From positions 75,888,001-75,952,000 of the forward strand of contig OX597822.1 of NCBI GenBank assembly GCA_951406725.2: a stretch of 64,000 bases of DNA, read 5' to 3'. This document shows positions 1-14,717 of the stretch, piece by piece (positions within the stretch are counted from its first letter, which is position 1; each line of letters begins with the position of its first letter). The notes beneath the pieces were generated by a model. That model had not been told where the DNA came from. It searched no databases and saw only the letters and a program-made list of their open reading frames with translations. This DNA comes from Octopus vulgaris. Lineage: Eukaryota. A program made the translations under genes and the position numbers.

Positions 1-96
1 CTAATAACTCAGAAACAGCTGTAAGACTAAATTTTTCTTTATAAATGTCCTGAAAATTCCATACATCCTTGGCTTTGTTGTCTCATTATATTTAAT

Positions 97-191
<95 letters not shown>

Positions 192-770
192 TGGATAGAT
201 AGATATACATGTGCGAGTGTGTGTGTGTGTATGTGTGTGATTGGGTGTGTGTACGCATGTATATGTATGTGTGCGTGTGTGTTTGTGTGTGTATGTTTGC
301 GTGCAGGTGGTTAGTGTTATGTTTTTCTGTGTCAGACTCTAAATGATCTTGGTACGCGGTGTGTAGTTTATGTAGCTTCAATGGTTTGCAGCTGAGAAAA
401 ATTCAGGTTGGGGGAATATTTTTTGATAAAATATTTTCGGATATTGGTTATGTAGGAACGTCTGTAATGTCATTTTGATTTGTTGCTCGACCAAGTCACA
501 ATGCAACAGCAATAAATAGTGTAACATCTCACAGAAAAGCTAAAAATAGAGCTTCCAAATTTTTTGCCAAAAGAATACGTAGAATGAGTCTGCAGTCTAT
601 CTAAAGAAGGTTGTGCTTTCCAAAACCCGGACATGCATACTGCAGAACCTCGGTTTTCGAACGCCTCTGATCACGAATCAATCGTGCTTTATACATATCT
701 TTATTTCTCTCTCTCTCTCTCCCTCCCTCTCTCTCTCTCTCTACACACACACACATATATATATATATAC

Positions 771-843
<73 letters not shown>

Positions 844-847
<4 letters not shown>

Positions 848-1046
848 ATCCAAACATGAAAGCACAAAAAAAACACATCAACGCGAGGACGTGGAACAAA
901 TATAGTATTATTGGACGCTCAGGAAAGAAGGAAAGAAGGAGGGTTTAACGTTTCGAGCGGAGCTCTTCCTCGGAAACATAGGAGAAGGAAAGATCCAGAG
1001 AAGGGAAGACAGAGGAAAAAATCGCCAACGGTACACACGCGGTCAC
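844..1046 (-). mobile_element. Short PLE-like terminal fragment abutting (TA)n, carrying a hammerhead-like motif
   Basis: Starts right after a long (TA)n tract. Its first ~55 bp recur inverted at ~46582-46637. Contains the motif at 943-977. Confidence 0.55.
943..977 (-). ncRNA. Minimal type-I hammerhead-like motif (U4C core)
   Basis: Minus strand reads GTTT-CCGAGGA-A-GAGC-TCC-GCTC-GAA-ACGT-T-AAAC: stem I GTTT/AAAC, stem II GAGC/GCTC, palindromic stem III ACGT. Confidence 0.6.
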
Positions 1047-1480
1047 ATGTTTCTCACATATTTCAACTGCTAAAGGCAAATACACTGAAGTTACCGTGGC
1101 GAAAAAAAAATTCTCTCTTATGGTAAAAGGGTGTGAAAACAACCCGTTCTTTCAGTGTCGCCCTCTCTCGGGAAACTGAGACATCGTTGTTTCGAGTCTC
1201 TTGATTCGATCAGGCGATCTACTAGCGCAAATCAGTCAATGTGTTGGCTGATATTATATACAAAGCTATAAGCTTTGTCAGTTCGTTCAGGGTTGTCCCT
1301 CTCAGGTACATCTGATCGACAAGAGTCAACAAACTCGAAACATCGATGTCTCAGATTCCTGAAAAAGGGCGACATTGAACGATCGGGGTATTTTCACACC
1401 CTTTTACCATAAGAGAGAATTTATTCTTCACAGTAACTGCAGTGTGTTTGCGTTTAGCAGTTGAAATATGTGACAAACAT
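1047..1480. mobile_element. Fold-back element with ~165 bp inverted arms
   Basis: 1047-1213 is the diverged reverse complement of 1312-1480 (ATGTTTCTCACATATTTCAACTGCTAAA / TTTAGCAGTTGAAATATGTGACAAACAT). Spacer ~100 bp. Confidence 0.85.
1312..1354 (+). ncRNA. Hammerhead-like motif with U3-A8 and C4 core
   Basis: CTGA-TCGACAA-GAGT-CAACAA-ACTC-GAA-ACATCGATGT-C-TCAG: all three stems pair, stem III is a palindrome, cleavage triplet GUC. Confidence 0.6.
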
Positions 1481-1598
1481 ATTTCAACTAACCTAAATTG
1501 AGATTGTACGTAAACACTTCTTAGTGCATTTACTCCGATATATATATATATATGTATACACGCACACACAAACACACATACATACATACATACATACA

Positions 1599-1634
<36 letters not shown>

Positions 1635-1651
1635 CATACATACCTATATAT

Positions 1652-1872
1652 ATACTCTTTACTCTTTTACTCTTTTATTTGTTTCAGTCATTTGACTGCG
1701 GCCATGCTAGAGCATTGCCTTTAGTCGAGCAAATCGACCCCGGGACTTATTCTTTGTAAGCCCAGTACTTATTCTATCGGTCTCTTTTGCCGAACCGCAT
1801 AGTGTCGGGGACGTAAACACACCAGCATCGGTTGTCAAGCAATGCTAGGGGGACAAACACAGACAAACATAT

Positions 1873-1903
<31 letters not shown>

Positions 1904-2055
1904 TATACGACAGGCTTCTTTCAGTTTCCGTCTACCAAATCCACTCACAAGGCTTTGGTCGGCCCGGGGCTATAGCAGAAGACACTTGCTCAAGATGCCA
2001 CGCAGTGGGATTGAACCCGGAACCATGTGGTTGGTTAGCAAGCTACTTACCACAC
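1652..2055 (-). mobile_element. Major tRNA-derived SINE (family A)
   Basis: tRNA-like head with B box (GGTTCAATCCC), internal (TA/TG) tract, conserved body, tail GCATGGCCGCAGTCAAATGACTGAAAC plus (AAAAGAGT)n. Confidence 0.9.
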
Positions 2056-2251
2056 AAAGTACGACTTATTCGCAATTAGAGTTGCTCGAAAACCAAGGTA
2101 CAACTGTAGAAGGTTAAATAAACTGGTTTTACAACACATAGGACTGTTATCCGTCAGGACGTCTTGGCATGCCCCACATCTACTAATATGTTCAAACCAT
2201 ACAATGCATAGGATAAAAGATAACGGATATTCCCGCATCATATTGACCCAT

Positions 2252-2448
2252 AGGACCAGTTTCCTGGTTTCTGTGGCGCATATATGCCTTTCTAGACGAG
2301 GCAGCAGTCCGTCACAGGATTAATCATCTTCGTTAACTGAGGGGTTATAGCAATGTAAAATGTAGTTTTTCGCGTCACCCGGTTCGTCAGTCGAACCCGC
2401 AGTCTTACGAGCATGAGTCCATCCCTCCAAACGGTATGGGAAGCCACG
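2252..2448 (-). mobile_element. Diverged tRNA-derived SINE
   Basis: Degenerate head and tail (GAAACCAGGAAACTGGTCCTATG) resemble the copy at 29368-29610. Confidence 0.55.
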
Positions 2449-2479
2449 CACCTCCACATATCACAATGCACGGACCATG

Positions 2480-2869
2480 CAAGTATGTGTATATGTATGA
2501 ATGTATGAATGTGTTTATGTATGTATTTGTGTATGCACGTATGTTTGTATGCTTGTGTGTATGCATATATGTATGTATGCATGTATGTATGTATGCATGT
2601 ATGTATGAGTATATGTATGTATTTTCGTATGTACGTATGTGTGTATTTACGTATATATGTATGCATGTATGTGTGAATGTATGTATGTATGCATGTAAGC
2701 ATGTATGAGTGTATGTATGTATGTATGTATGTATGAATGCATGAGTGTATGTATATATGTGTGTAAGAATGTAGGTATCGATGAGTCTATGTATTTATGT
2801 CTTTACGTAGTACGTATGTATGTATATATTTACGTATGTATATGTGTGTGTATTTACTATATATATGTT

Positions 2870-2900
<31 letters not shown>

Positions 2901-2990
2901 ATGTATGTATGTATGTATGTATGTATGTATGTATGTATGTATGTGTGTGTGTGTATGTGTGTGTGTGTGTGTGTGTATGTATGCATGCAT
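2480..2990. repeat. Compound (TATG)n/(TG)n microsatellite
   Basis: Directly visible. Confidence 0.95.
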
Positions 2991-4352
2991 TTCTCAATGA
3001 GAGTTGTGATAATTTTGCTAATTTAACTAGTTCTCAATCTCGACTCCAATTTCCGTAAGAAAATAGGATCTCCGTTAAACATACCGAAATACTTATAAAC
3101 ACACGTTACTAATAGAAGAATGCAGCTAGAGCCAGATTATGCAAATGATAGCATCAGAGAGTGGCTGCAGTCTGGTGGCCGAACGGAATATATTTTAAGA
3201 CATCCAATGTAGTGAAGAACTGCAGAGTTCATAGGAGAGAACGTTACTTAATCAATCACGATCAGTCTGCTTATAAAACAAGCTGTTCACAAAGCACTCA
3301 AATCACAAATTTTTAAAGCAAAACAATTTAAAATCAATTTGTGTGATGGGAGTGATAAAATTAGCAACAGAATGGATTATCAACTACATTGTAATTGCTG
3401 TGAACGGTAGCATTCTGTGTTTCTTTTGTTTACATTCGTACAAGCGTATATAGCGTATATATATGTACAGACGGACAAAGAGACAGATAGGCAGACAGAT
3501 AGATAGAAAGATAAATAAATGATAAATAGATAAATAGATTAATAGACAGATAGATAGATGGATAGATTATTGATAGAAAGACAGACAGATAGACGTAGCT
3601 AACACAGGTGCACACACTCTGATGCATATTTTTCCACAATACATCCGTATTTTTAGGTTTAATTCACATAGAGCTGAAGGTGCATTGGAACTATGAAAAG
3701 CACTCGTAAATGCATGTACAAAAACACATTTGATTATACACAAACGCATACACACAACTTCCATAATTATACAGTAATACATAGAAGTCCTTATATAATT
3801 GATACACAAAGTACACAGTAATATAGAAAGGAACACACAAATGCATTTCTAACGCGATTACTAATAGATACATATAAAAACACTAGTACAGAACTTGCAC
3901 ATTTCGTAGATGCATCCACTACGTACATTATATTACAGAGAAGGACACTCATATATACTCACTCATTCATAAATAATTTTCGCACAAATTCCTATCCTGC
4001 AGCTCTTGCACGTATGAAACTTCAATCCTTCTCTGTCACTTCCAGTAATTCGACCTTTGCCGTTTTCAAAAATGACCAAGCCAGATCGATACATTTTCCA
4101 TAACACCCTTTATTTTTCTTTTCTCTTTCCTACTATAGTCATTTCCAAATCTTCTACTCAGCAGTAAACTATGTAGTACATTGTAGTTTCATTTTCTCTC
4201 ATCTGGTAATTTTGGATACAACTCACACACGTACACACACACTCACATGCACGCACACACACATATATAAATATACATATACATGTATATATACATGTGT
4301 GTGTATGTATGTATGTATGTATGTATGTATGTATGTATATCTGTATCTATCC

Positions 4353-4447
<95 letters not shown>

Positions 4448-4773
4448 GGGTAAAGACCCCCTTCGGTCATGAATGACCATGGGATTGCACCTAGAAAGTT
4501 ACCTTCCTAGATACAAGTCCGGGCAAGGTTGTTTATGGAAGGCCAGCAGTCGCCCATGCATACCAGCCTCCCCTCTCCACGCCACCAGTGTTATCCAAGG
4601 GAAAGACAAAGGTCGATACAGCTTGGCACCAGTGACGTCGCAACTCATTTCTACAGCTGAGTGAACTGGAGCAACGTGAAATAAAGTGCCTTGCTCGAGA
4701 ACACAACACGCAGCCCGGTCCGGGATTCGAGCCCACAACCTCACGATCGTAAGCTCGACGCTCTAACGACTGA

Positions 4774-4778
<5 letters not shown>
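4448..4778 (-). mobile_element. tRNA-derived SINE (family C) between (TA)n tracts
   Basis: Head TGGCTCAGTCGTTAGAGCG...GCTCGAATCCC (A and B boxes). A closely similar copy is at 62175-62485. Confidence 0.9.
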
Positions 4779-4850
<72 letters not shown>

Positions 4851-4983
4851 CGGAGATGTACTTAGCGAGTGACTTGATCTGAGATCGCGTGCTGGAACAA
4901 AGACATTTGCAGCGTGGAAGGTGTATATAAGTCATTTAAGAAACACACAAAACCGTTAGATTCACTTCAACATTTAAATTTAA

Positions 4984-5034
4984 TTTGTCAAAATATTTTC
5001 GTCGCTTTGAGACCGCGACCTGCTCACTGACAAA
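4984..5034 (-). ncRNA. Hammerhead-like motif with swapped G3-C8 core
   Basis: TTTGTCA-GTGAGCA-G-GTCGC-GGTCTCAAA-GCGAC-GAA-AATATT-T-TGACAAA: 7 bp stem I, 5 bp stem II, palindromic stem III. Lies in a ~200 bp element (4850-5055) abutting (TA)n. Confidence 0.6.
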
Positions 5035-5406
5035 ACTTCGTGCAGCACGAAGTTTCATTTAGACACTGCATTGGATCTGTATTACAAAGAAGATTGTGTC
5101 AGAGACCGCGCTGCAGATATTGCGATGAAAATGTTTACGACATGTTAATGTTTGCTAACATGCGCTTCCCACGCTACGATTGTGTCAGATTCAGCACATG
5201 ACCTCATTTTAATCACTCATCCGATAATTATACACACGTTCGATTTCTTTTCTTTCTTAGGACTTTTCCGTTTCTCCTTGCCGACGAAGGGCTGTGCACG
5301 AAACATCAAAAACTCTCTCTTCTTATTGTACGTCAAGCTAATACATTCTTTGTGCATGACCTGTTGTTGTTTGTTATTGTTGATTTTATTATGCTTTGTT
5401 TGAAAT

Positions 5407-5448
<42 letters not shown>

Positions 5449-5486
5449 TTGTGTGTGTGCATGTATCTAAGTATGCAATGTATGTA

Positions 5487-5666
5487 GGCGCAGGAGAGGC
5501 TGTGTGGTAAGTAGCTTGCTTACCAATCACATGGTTCCGAGTTCAGTCTCATTGCGTGGCACCTTGGGCAAACGTTTTCTATTATATATAGCCTTGGACT
5601 GACCAAAGCCTTCTGAGGGGATTTGATAGACGGAAACTGAAAGAAGCCCATCGTATATATATACAT

Positions 5667-5758
<92 letters not shown>

Positions 5759-5950
5759 GCGTGTGTGTTTGTTGTTGTTGTGTGTGTGTGATGGGTTAAC
5801 GTTCCCGTAACTTAGCGTTTCGGCAAAAGTTACCGATGGAATAAGTACTAGGTTTACAAAGAATGAGTCCTGGGGTCGATTTGTTAGACTAAAGGGGGTT
5901 CTTCAACATGGTCGCACTCAAAGACTGATAAAATGAAAAAAAGTAAACGA
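5487..5950 (+). mobile_element. SINE family A with expanded internal (TA)n
   Basis: GGCGCAGGAGAGGCTGTGTGG head followed by family body and tail. Confidence 0.9.
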
Positions 5951-6259
5951 GTATGTATGTATGTAGGTAATTTATTTCATTCCAGTAATTATAACACAGT
6001 CATGCTTTGGTACCCAGTTCAAGGGTTTAGAGAAACAAATCCAAGAAATTGATTGGAACATTAATTTTATATACAGTACTTTACCTATCGCTCTTTTTTT
6101 CAACAAACAGCTAGGTTACTAGTCGTAAACAACAAGCATCTGCCCTCAAGCACTAAAAGGACAAACAGAAAAGCACCTAAACACGGTCACAGGTACTCAC
6201 AAAGATATGAATATATATATATACATATTTATATATATTCTCTTTCTATATATATATGC

Positions 6260-6302
<43 letters not shown>

Positions 6303-6606
6303 TATGGATATAGAAACAAAGATAAATATACACACACATATACATATACGGAAATATATACATATAAATGTATGTATGTGTGTATTGAGCTTTATTGACC
6401 TAATTGACCTTTATTGTGTATACAGTCTGTGACAGACCATGCCTGTCTTTTGCTGGCCTCCAATCGTATCTTTTCAGAACATTGTCTGGTTTAAAAAGCC
6501 ACATTAGCTGGTATGATAGTTCTAAGGTGTAGGTACAGGAGGGGGTGAAATTCTGCATAAGGAGTAGACAACCACCAACATATGTATATATAAATATATA
6601 TATATA

Positions 6607-6657
6607 TTTTTTTTCTAGTTTCAGCTCAGAGCTGTGGCCATGCTGATGCACCGCCGT
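6607..6657 (-). mobile_element. Isolated LINE/SINE 3' tail
   Basis: Minus strand CGGCGGTGCATCAGCATGGCCACAGCTCTGAGCTGAAACTAG plus poly(A), embedded in microsatellite. Confidence 0.75.
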
Positions 6658-6688
<31 letters not shown>

Positions 6689-6810
6689 GTATATATATAT
6701 ATATAAATATATGTATATATGTATATATATATATATGTATGTATATACATACATATATATATGTATATACATATATATATTTATATATGTAATATATATA
6801 TATATATATG

Positions 6811-6855
<45 letters not shown>

Positions 6856-7001
6856 TATTTACTAATAGGTATGCTAATATAAGAATGTCACGTGTGTATA
6901 TGCATACTTTTATATATGTATTTTCTGGAAAATATTTGCGTTAATCTCCCTGTGAATGTCTGTCGTAGAATTTACGTTTACATATATATATATATATATA
7001 A

Positions 7002-7126
<125 letters not shown>

Positions 7127-8089
7127 TGCATACGAGTGTCAGGGTATGAATATGTATTTTTAAACTTAAACTGTTAGTACGCGCCTATGTACACCAGTTC
7201 TGTGTTTTCGTTTATATGTATCTATATACATACACAACTATTAACAGTTATGAATAAATGGAAAAAAAAATAGCTACTGTTTTGAAATAGACCATTTCCA
7301 ATCTGTATAAAGTTTCCCCACCTTCCTAATGCCCAAAATTTCCTCCTCAATTCCCCCTCATATTTTCCACCCCATTCTATAGAATCTACACCAGGCCAGT
7401 ACCGCTTCCTAATGTACAATTTTGTGCAACATGATAATAGAAAATGGCGTCCGTCAGAATTATACCCAAAAATAAAGTAATAAAAACAAGAAATCTTCGG
7501 TAACGTTATTTTTCAGGGCGGGAATGAGATTTCCTTTTTCGTTCCAAATTTGGTTTTTAATATGTTCTTCGTGAATTTGTTTTTTTACTGAATGTACGTA
7601 ACAAAGTCGTCAGCTGCTAGAGTGTCTATTCAATGTGGTCTTTTAAAAATTCAGATGTTCTCTCTCTCTCTCTCCGACCCCCTCTCTCTTTTTCTTTCTC
7701 CTTCTACCTCTCATTCTTTCTCTTTATCTCTAGCTGTCTGTCGATATATTTATCTATCTATCTCTATCCATTTTCTCTGTCCTTTATTCATTTAAATGCT
7801 TTTCTCTCTAACGCAGTCTGATAGTTTCTCTCCCTCTCTCTATCTATCTATCTCTAATTATATTTATATTGTATATATATACATATATTACGGCATTTGT
7901 GAGTGCGACTATAACTTATATATTTATATGTATTAAAATAATATAATATAAGATAGATACCCATACGTACACACACACACACACATGCATATATATATTT
8001 ATATATTTGTATTAAGAGATATGAATGTATATATTTATAAACCAAACATTCTTAAACGCAATTCATATATGTATGTGTACATACACACA

Positions 8090-8389
8090 AAATTTACTCA
8101 CACACACACACATATATATGCATATTACATATTATATACGTATGTATACAAATGTATATGTATGTATATATATATATATATGTATATGTGTACACATATA
8201 TATATAAACGTATACATATATATGCATATATAAATACATTATATATATATATGTATGCATATGTATATATACATATGTGTACACATATATATATAGATTC
8301 ATGTAAATATATATATATATATTTATATATGTATATATATATATACATATATATATATGTACATATATATATATATACATATATATATA

Positions 8390-8443
<54 letters not shown>

Positions 8444-8724
8444 TAAATATATATATATATGAGTGCGTGTGAGTGCGCGCGGTGTGTATGCGTGTGCACA
8501 TATGTGTATATATGCGTGCCCATGCATATATTCATGCGTGATTCTGCGTGTGTATATATATGCTTATGAATTTATGAATATGTGTATTAAAACAGTATTA
8601 AAATATATCTAGTTTTGCATCTTGGTTCAATTATTTTTTTTTATGCTTAGAGATTCTCTGCCTCCACTATTTTCATTATTATTTTTATTGACCACACCAC
8701 CGCCGCCGCTACTGCAGTTACTGC

Positions 8725-8811
<87 letters not shown>

Positions 8812-8854
8812 AATATATATATATTTATATTTATATATATATGTATATATATAT

Positions 8855-8935
<81 letters not shown>

Positions 8936-8938
8936 TAC

Positions 8939-9012
<74 letters not shown>

Positions 9013-9060
9013 ATATATGTGTATGTATATGTACTTACGCACACATATAAACACATATAA
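8090..9060. repeat. (TA)n-rich compound microsatellites
   Basis: Directly visible; source of the poly-IY ORFs. Confidence 0.95.
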
Positions 9061-9235
9061 ACAGACGCACAGATGTATAGTCAATTGAAGCTATCATTTA
9101 TTTACTTTCTAAACTTTCCCGTATCATTTTATAAAAAATAATACGTAGCAATTTGGAAGAACACACAGGGTAAAAAGGACCCGTGGATCCAATAAGTAGA
9201 ATGGGAAAATTGAAATAACATCAACAACAATGGCA

Positions 9236-9440
<205 letters not shown>

Positions 9441-9608
9441 TAACGACACCATCGAAGAGATCAACAACAACATCAACAACAACACTTTAAGATAATAAAA
9501 AAAAGAACTCTTCCAATAATAGTAATAAGTTTTTCCACAAGAGTAAAAGATAAATATTATAATACAATACGTTTTTATAACACAGAAATATGATATAACT
9601 ATGTATGC

Positions 9609-9639
<31 letters not shown>

Positions 9640-9819
9640 ATATACATACACATATATACAAACATATATATATATATATATACATATATATACATATGTG
9701 AGTGTATGTACATATGCGTGTGTGAGTATATATGTATACATGCATGCATATATATATATATGTGTGTGTTTATGCATGTGCATTCAAACATATTTTATAT
9801 TTCTCAATTATAATTATAG

Positions 9820-9902
<83 letters not shown>

Positions 9903-10342
9903 TACAGTTAGTGATGATGATGAAAATGAATGTAATGATGATGGTAGTGTTAGTGCTGGTAGTGGTCGACAAAAGAAGAGAAAGAACACTTGCAAAGTGC
10001 TTTTTTGGTTTATGGCGTTCTTTGATTTTTTTTAGGATTTTTTCCGGGGTTGTTTTTTTATTTTTATTTCGTTTTTTTTTTAAAATTTTGTTTCGAAATG
10101 TCGACTGGTTCCGTGGAGAGAATTTAAATAGAGTATTATCAGGAGGAATGGAGGTGGTTGTGACACAGAATAAATCAGATAAACAACAATTCATTTTTGA
10201 CATCCATCGGAAGTTTACATTCCAGATTCACAGATTATCATGAGGCTCTGTTCGCCTGTCTGCCTGTCTGTATGTCTGTCCGTGTGTATGTTAATGTCTG
10301 GACATATACATGGCTGACTGGTTAGGGAAACTCTCTTTAAAA

Positions 10343-10514
10343 GTAGGAGTGGCTGAGTAGTAAGTAACTTGCTTACTAACCACATGGTTCCGAGTTCAGT
10401 CCCACTGCGTGGCACCTTGGGCAAGTGTCTTCTACTATAGCCTCGAGCCGACGAAAGCCTTGTGAGTGAATTTGGTAGACTGAAAGAAGTCCGTCGTATA
10501 TATGTATATATATG

Positions 10515-10550
<36 letters not shown>

Positions 10551-10760
10551 GCTTGTGTATCTGTGTTTGTCCCCCCAACATTGCTTGACAACCGATGCTG
10601 GTATATTTACGTCCCCGTAACTTAGCGGCTCGGCATAAGAGACCGATAGAATAAGTACAAGTCTTACAAAGAATAAGTCCTAGGGTCGATTTGCTCGACT
10701 AAATGCGGTGCTCCATCATGGCCACAGTTAAATGCCTGAAACAAGTAAAAAGAGTAAAAA
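10343..10760 (+). mobile_element. SINE family A
   Basis: Head, body and tail match the other copies. Confidence 0.9.
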
Positions 10761-10799
10761 AAAAAAGAGAGAGCCCCAATTTCGAGCCCACTGCATTGC

Positions 10800-10977
10800 A
10801 TTTTGAGCAAATGTCGTATTCCATGATTGTCGTAATCTTTGCATTCTGAGTTCAAATGCCACCAGAGGGCACTTTGCCTTTTATCGTTTTGCTGTCGATG
10901 AAATAAGCACCTGTTGGGAACTGGTGGTCGATCCCCTTCTCCCCAAATTTCCGGCATTGTGCCTACAGCGGAAAGGA
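10800..10977 (+). mobile_element. Diverged SINE family B fragment
   Basis: TTCTGAGTTCAAAT...ACTTTGCCTTTTATC...GTGCCTACAG matches the copy at 17238-17450. Confidence 0.65.
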
Positions 10978-10985
10978 TTCTAGAA

Positions 10986-11237
10986 CAGTGGTTCTCAACC
11001 AGGGTCTGCATGACTCTTGGGTGCCCATGGCTATTGGGTGCCTTTGTTATAATTTACCTGTGGTAAATTGGTTTCACTTTTACATCACACAAAATGTTTT
11101 AACAATTTTTTTGTACAGTTCGTAATAATATTTAGTCGTAAAAATATAGTATTTTTTAGACATCAAATTGAAGTTCAGTAAAGTAAAAGTTAAGAATCAA
11201 AGAGGTCCACATGTTTAGAATTGGTCGAGAAACACTG
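10986..11237. mobile_element. hAT (Charlie-like) MITE
   Basis: TIRs CAGTGGTTCTCAACC / GGTCGAGAAACACTG. Flanks TTCTAGAA / TTCTAAGA resemble the 8 bp NTCTAGAN TSD of Charlie elements. Confidence 0.85.
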
Positions 11238-12695
11238 TTCTAAGAGCTTGGTTCAGTTCAAGCATTTTGTATAAAATTATTTAATGTGCACAAAGAATAG
11301 CAGATATATTTTTAATGTTCCACCATATTTGACTGTGAATATGCTAATTGTTGTAGTGTTCATCATTGCAAAAGAACTTCTCATTTATGAAGAATCTTTG
11401 TTCATAACACACTCCATTCATTAATGGGAGGGAAGTTTGGGACACGCTGTTTCGACATTGTTGTAGCTTGTCAGTCATAGGGCAACACCGATTAATGAGT
11501 CTGATACGATTTCGAGTTCTTTATAACTTCAGCAAAGAAAATATTTCCTTTTTCTCGCTTGCCTCTCCCAATTGATAATTGTCATATTCATGAGGAACAA
11601 TGTGAATCAAAACGATGATTTACATATTTATTATCAAAATGTTCCGGCTGATTCGGACATGAATGCGCTAATCGTTGCCGTGTTTTGTCACAGGCAAACA
11701 ACGTCTTCTTTACGACGAATGTGTCAATACAACATGCTTGATTCATCGGCGCGAGGGACTATGAGACGCCGTTTCGACATCATTGTGATTTCTCGTTTGT
11801 TTATATAACACACATCTGTCGTAAACGAGATATTGCTCTCCTGTGATGTAACACAACAGTGATTAGCACACACTCGTTGGAACCTGTCTACCGGAACGTA
11901 TTAACTATATATGTATAGGTAAGCTATAGTCGTGTATGAAATTAATCGACCGAAACTGTTTAGAACCTCGCCGAATAGGTTGTACATGAAATGAAGAAAC
12001 ACGTAACATTTATACGCATCGTGTGCTACTGATTTTGTTGAGAATTACTCTTACGCGGCTTCAAATGATGTGTATCAATTAAAATTATGTGTTTCTGGGG
12101 TGTACTCAATCACTACACAATAATTCAATGCGTAACTCATTCTAACAAATGAATGTCCATTGACGAAACTGATGCATAGCTATTTGTTATCTGTGTTGCA
12201 GATCTCTGTTTGCTGTGTCGGAATCCTTATCTAAATAGCCATTCTATTTATACCATAGTTACAAAGTTGAAATATATCTTGCAGCAGGGTGAGCAAGAAG
12301 GGCAGATAATTTTTGTAGCAACAAACTATACTCCACTTAAGTCCTGTTGGCGTTGTTTAGCCCAATATGCGACTTGACTGCAAAAACCTATTATCAGAGC
12401 TGTTGTTGCATGAAAAGACTGTCCATTCGGTATTCAGTAAATACAATTACATTACCCTCTGTGTCTCAGGCTGACTGAAATGCGGTGAGGGTATATGTTT
12501 GCAAGAAACACCGTGACCTTCGGCTGTCGAAGATCTCAGGCGATCCTATATTTGGACAAGAAACACGAATGAAGGCTGCAATTATATAATCTATAATTTA
12601 TCACAGCTCGTGACGTGAAAACGGCCTTTGAATGGCTGAAGTGAATAATATGGCGAAAGACTTTTAGCTGGAACACATAGAGAAAGGAATAAAGA

Positions 12696-12745
<50 letters not shown>

Positions 12746-12746
12746 A

Positions 12747-12783
<37 letters not shown>

Positions 12784-12819
12784 CATCTGTCTGTCTGTTA
12801 GTCTGTCTGTCTGTCTATA

Positions 12820-13205
12820 TAGGAGAGGCTGTGTGGTAAGAAGCTTGTTTACTAACCACATGGTTCCAGGTTCAGTCCCACTTCGTGTCACCTTGGACAC
12901 GTGTCTTGTACTACAGCCTCGGGCCGACCAAACCCTTGGGAGTGGATTTGGTAGACGGAAACTGAAAGAAGCCCGTCGTATATATATATATCTATATATA
13001 TGTATATGTTTGTGTGTCTATGATTGTCCCCCCAACATCGCTTGACGACCGATGGTGGTGTGTTTACGTCCCCGATAAAATAAGTATTAGGCCTACAAAG
13101 AGTAAATTCTGGGGTCGATTTGCTCGACTAAACATTGCAGTGCCCCAGCGTGGCCACAGACAAATGACTAAAACAAATAAAAGAATTAAAAGAGAATAAA
13201 AGAAT
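12820..13205 (+). mobile_element. SINE family A between (TATC)n and (GATA)n tracts
   Basis: Family head, body and tail, with a small internal deletion. Confidence 0.9.
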
Positions 13206-13264
13206 GTATACGTATGTAATATACATGTATGCATATATACTTATATATATGTATGTATATATAA

Positions 13265-13368
<104 letters not shown>

Positions 13369-14174
13369 ACGGATACACACATATATGTAAGTGTATACAC
13401 ACACACATTTATGTATATAAACATATATATATACTGACTAATCGAAAAGATAACAGGAAAGATGTCAATCTAATTGTTTTCTCGCATATGCAGAACAAAT
13501 TAGAATGGAATTCATAGAAACGGGAATAGAAATAAACAGGAGGAAAGAAGATAGACAAAGAGCCAGAAATACAGAAAACGAGTATAGCGCATGAAAAATG
13601 GAGAGAAGAGAGGGTATTTGGCATGGAGTGGGTGTCGAATGAGCCAATGTATCTAATTAAAAATAAATGATACTTTTAGTCTTATAGAAATATCCCTAAT
13701 TATTAGGGAAAAAATGACAAATTACATCGATTATCAACAGCATCTACCTCGGGTTCTAGGGATAAGATATAAGAGACAATAAAAGTAGCATTCCTTTGTC
13801 CCCTGCTAAAGCTTTCTACATTAAGAGTTGATAAAATGGTTCTGATATGTACACACACACACATACACACAGATGTGCATGTCTATATATATATATATAT
13901 ACATGTATATATATACATAGTTACACACACACATGTATATATATAGCTACGTATATACGTATGCATGTATATATATATACACATATATTAATATTTTATA
14001 GATATATACAATATATATACATGTATATATATATGTATTATATATATATGTATTATATATATATGTATTTATATGTATATATATATATGTATTATATATA
14101 TATGTATATATATATGTATATATATATGTATATATATATATATTTATATGTATATATATATGTATATATATATG

Positions 14175-14205
<31 letters not shown>

Positions 14206-14212
14206 TTATATA

Positions 14213-14265
<53 letters not shown>

Positions 14266-14671
14266 CATGCATAGATGCGCGCACGCACATATAAGTATCT
14301 AACGAGAGAGAGACGGAAGAATAGTGTGAGAGAGAGAGAGAGAGACTGATGTACAGAGAAGGTAGGAAGAGGGAGAGTGAGAGAGAATGAGAGATAGAGA
14401 GAGAAAAAGACAGCAAGGGAAAGAGAGATAAAATGATACAGCAAAGGTTCCAGCTATTGACACAACAGTTCAATTTAGCTGAATGCAGTTCGATATTTGA
14501 AATTCCTGAACCAAAATCAATGCATGTTTGTTTATTGGTTTCATTCTTTATTTTACTCGAAGCCATTAACGAATTTTACTAAAAGCTCCTTTTGTAAAGG
14601 CAACACTGCTGATAGGCAACCAGGTTTTCTGAGGAATGCTATGTACATATATACATACATACATATATGTA

Positions 14672-14717
<46 letters not shown>

